Made by a program: the position numbers and the translations under genes. Of a stretch of 64,000 bases of DNA, positions 63,287-64,000 are shown one piece after another. Below the pieces are notes generated by a model. That model was not told the DNA's origin and searched no databases. It was given only the letters and a program-made list of their open reading frames with translations. Within the stretch, counting starts at the first letter, position 1. Each line of letters starts with the position of its first letter. Source of the stretch: Saccostrea echinata (Eukaryota); contig NW_026889761.1 of NCBI RefSeq assembly GCF_033153115.1, forward strand, positions 13,826,001 through 13,890,000, in the 5' to 3' direction.

Positions 63287-64000
63287 TGGCTCAGTATACA
63301 TTTCCATCTCATATCTCAAAATACAACCATTGCTGGATATTAATTGTACTAGATACCCCTGGAATAGAGGGATGTGTATTTGAGGAACAAAAATACCTGA
63401 CCTGACCTTAAATACATGTACCTTCCTTAACATATATACGCCCCCTCCAACCAAGCAGGATAATGATCTCTAAAGCCTTCGGGTTTTAACACAGCTGATT
63501 TTGACTGAAATGCATGTTTCATTTTCACAGGCTTTTACGCATTTATTTATATATATTACACAATAACATACTTATAAGAGTACATGTTAACAAGGTTTGC
63601 AAGTCCAATTACGTAGTAAGAAATAATTACATTCATATTCTTACAAGTGGGTACAGCATGGCTATTGAGATAAGGAACTTAACTAATTAGCACTAACACA
63701 GGAGAAGCCAAACCAGGGCCATCTGACTCCTGTTATGTTCCCTGTCAGAAAACCACTTCCACTGTAAAGAATCGCAATCTTTACACGCATTATAAACAAA
63801 CATGACTAACTGAAAACCCTTTGTTTAGAATAGCAGAGAAAAACTGTCTAAAAAATTCATGAGAAAATAATTTGGCTGTCTAGCAACGAAGAGTTCTTCA
63901 TTTTTTTCGGTTGGAATACATGATACATTTAGATAGTTTTTGGTTTATTTCTGTAAAGGATGCTACTGGATTTTTGTAGATAAGATGTGGTTTTCCCTGC

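Overview
AT-rich, intron-containing animal genomic DNA. The repeat families (Helentron-associated elements, Penelope-like RT relics, tRNA-SINEs, frequent TACATGTA) suggest a bivalve, probably an oyster; this is an inference. I built four host genes by hand from GT-AG junctions with matching phases. (1) The 5' part of an astacin-family zinc metalloprotease, minus strand, running off the left edge. (2) A complete 12-coding-exon, ~763-aa kexin/furin-family proprotein convertase with no TM or Cys-rich region, minus strand, 20059-29180. (3) A 7-exon, ~269-aa class I SAM methyltransferase that resembles bacterial enzymes, plus strand, 34024-37352, head-to-head with the convertase. (4) A 2-exon, ~1197-aa multi-cysteine-cluster Toll-like receptor, minus strand, 53266-57140. 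An intact, very young Ty3/Gypsy LTR retrotransposon (identical 150-bp LTRs, 5-bp TSD, tRNA-Ser PBS) lies at 58583-63286. Intergenic and intronic DNA is packed with nested MITEs, HINEs, SINEs and eight Penelope-like fragments. The most unusual observations are: two genes whose 5' splice donors have been duplicated so that the extra donors give premature stops (a 40-bp x13 array built from the astacin exon/intron junction, and a 38-bp micro-MITE whose target duplication copies the methyltransferase exon-1 donor); a convertase with remodelled specificity pockets next to a candidate substrate; a TLR tail with YEEI/YxxP/PDZ motifs; a ~300-bp near-perfect palindrome; and a conserved structured 3' motif on seven retroelement copies. 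There is a 163-nt N gap at 57576-57738.
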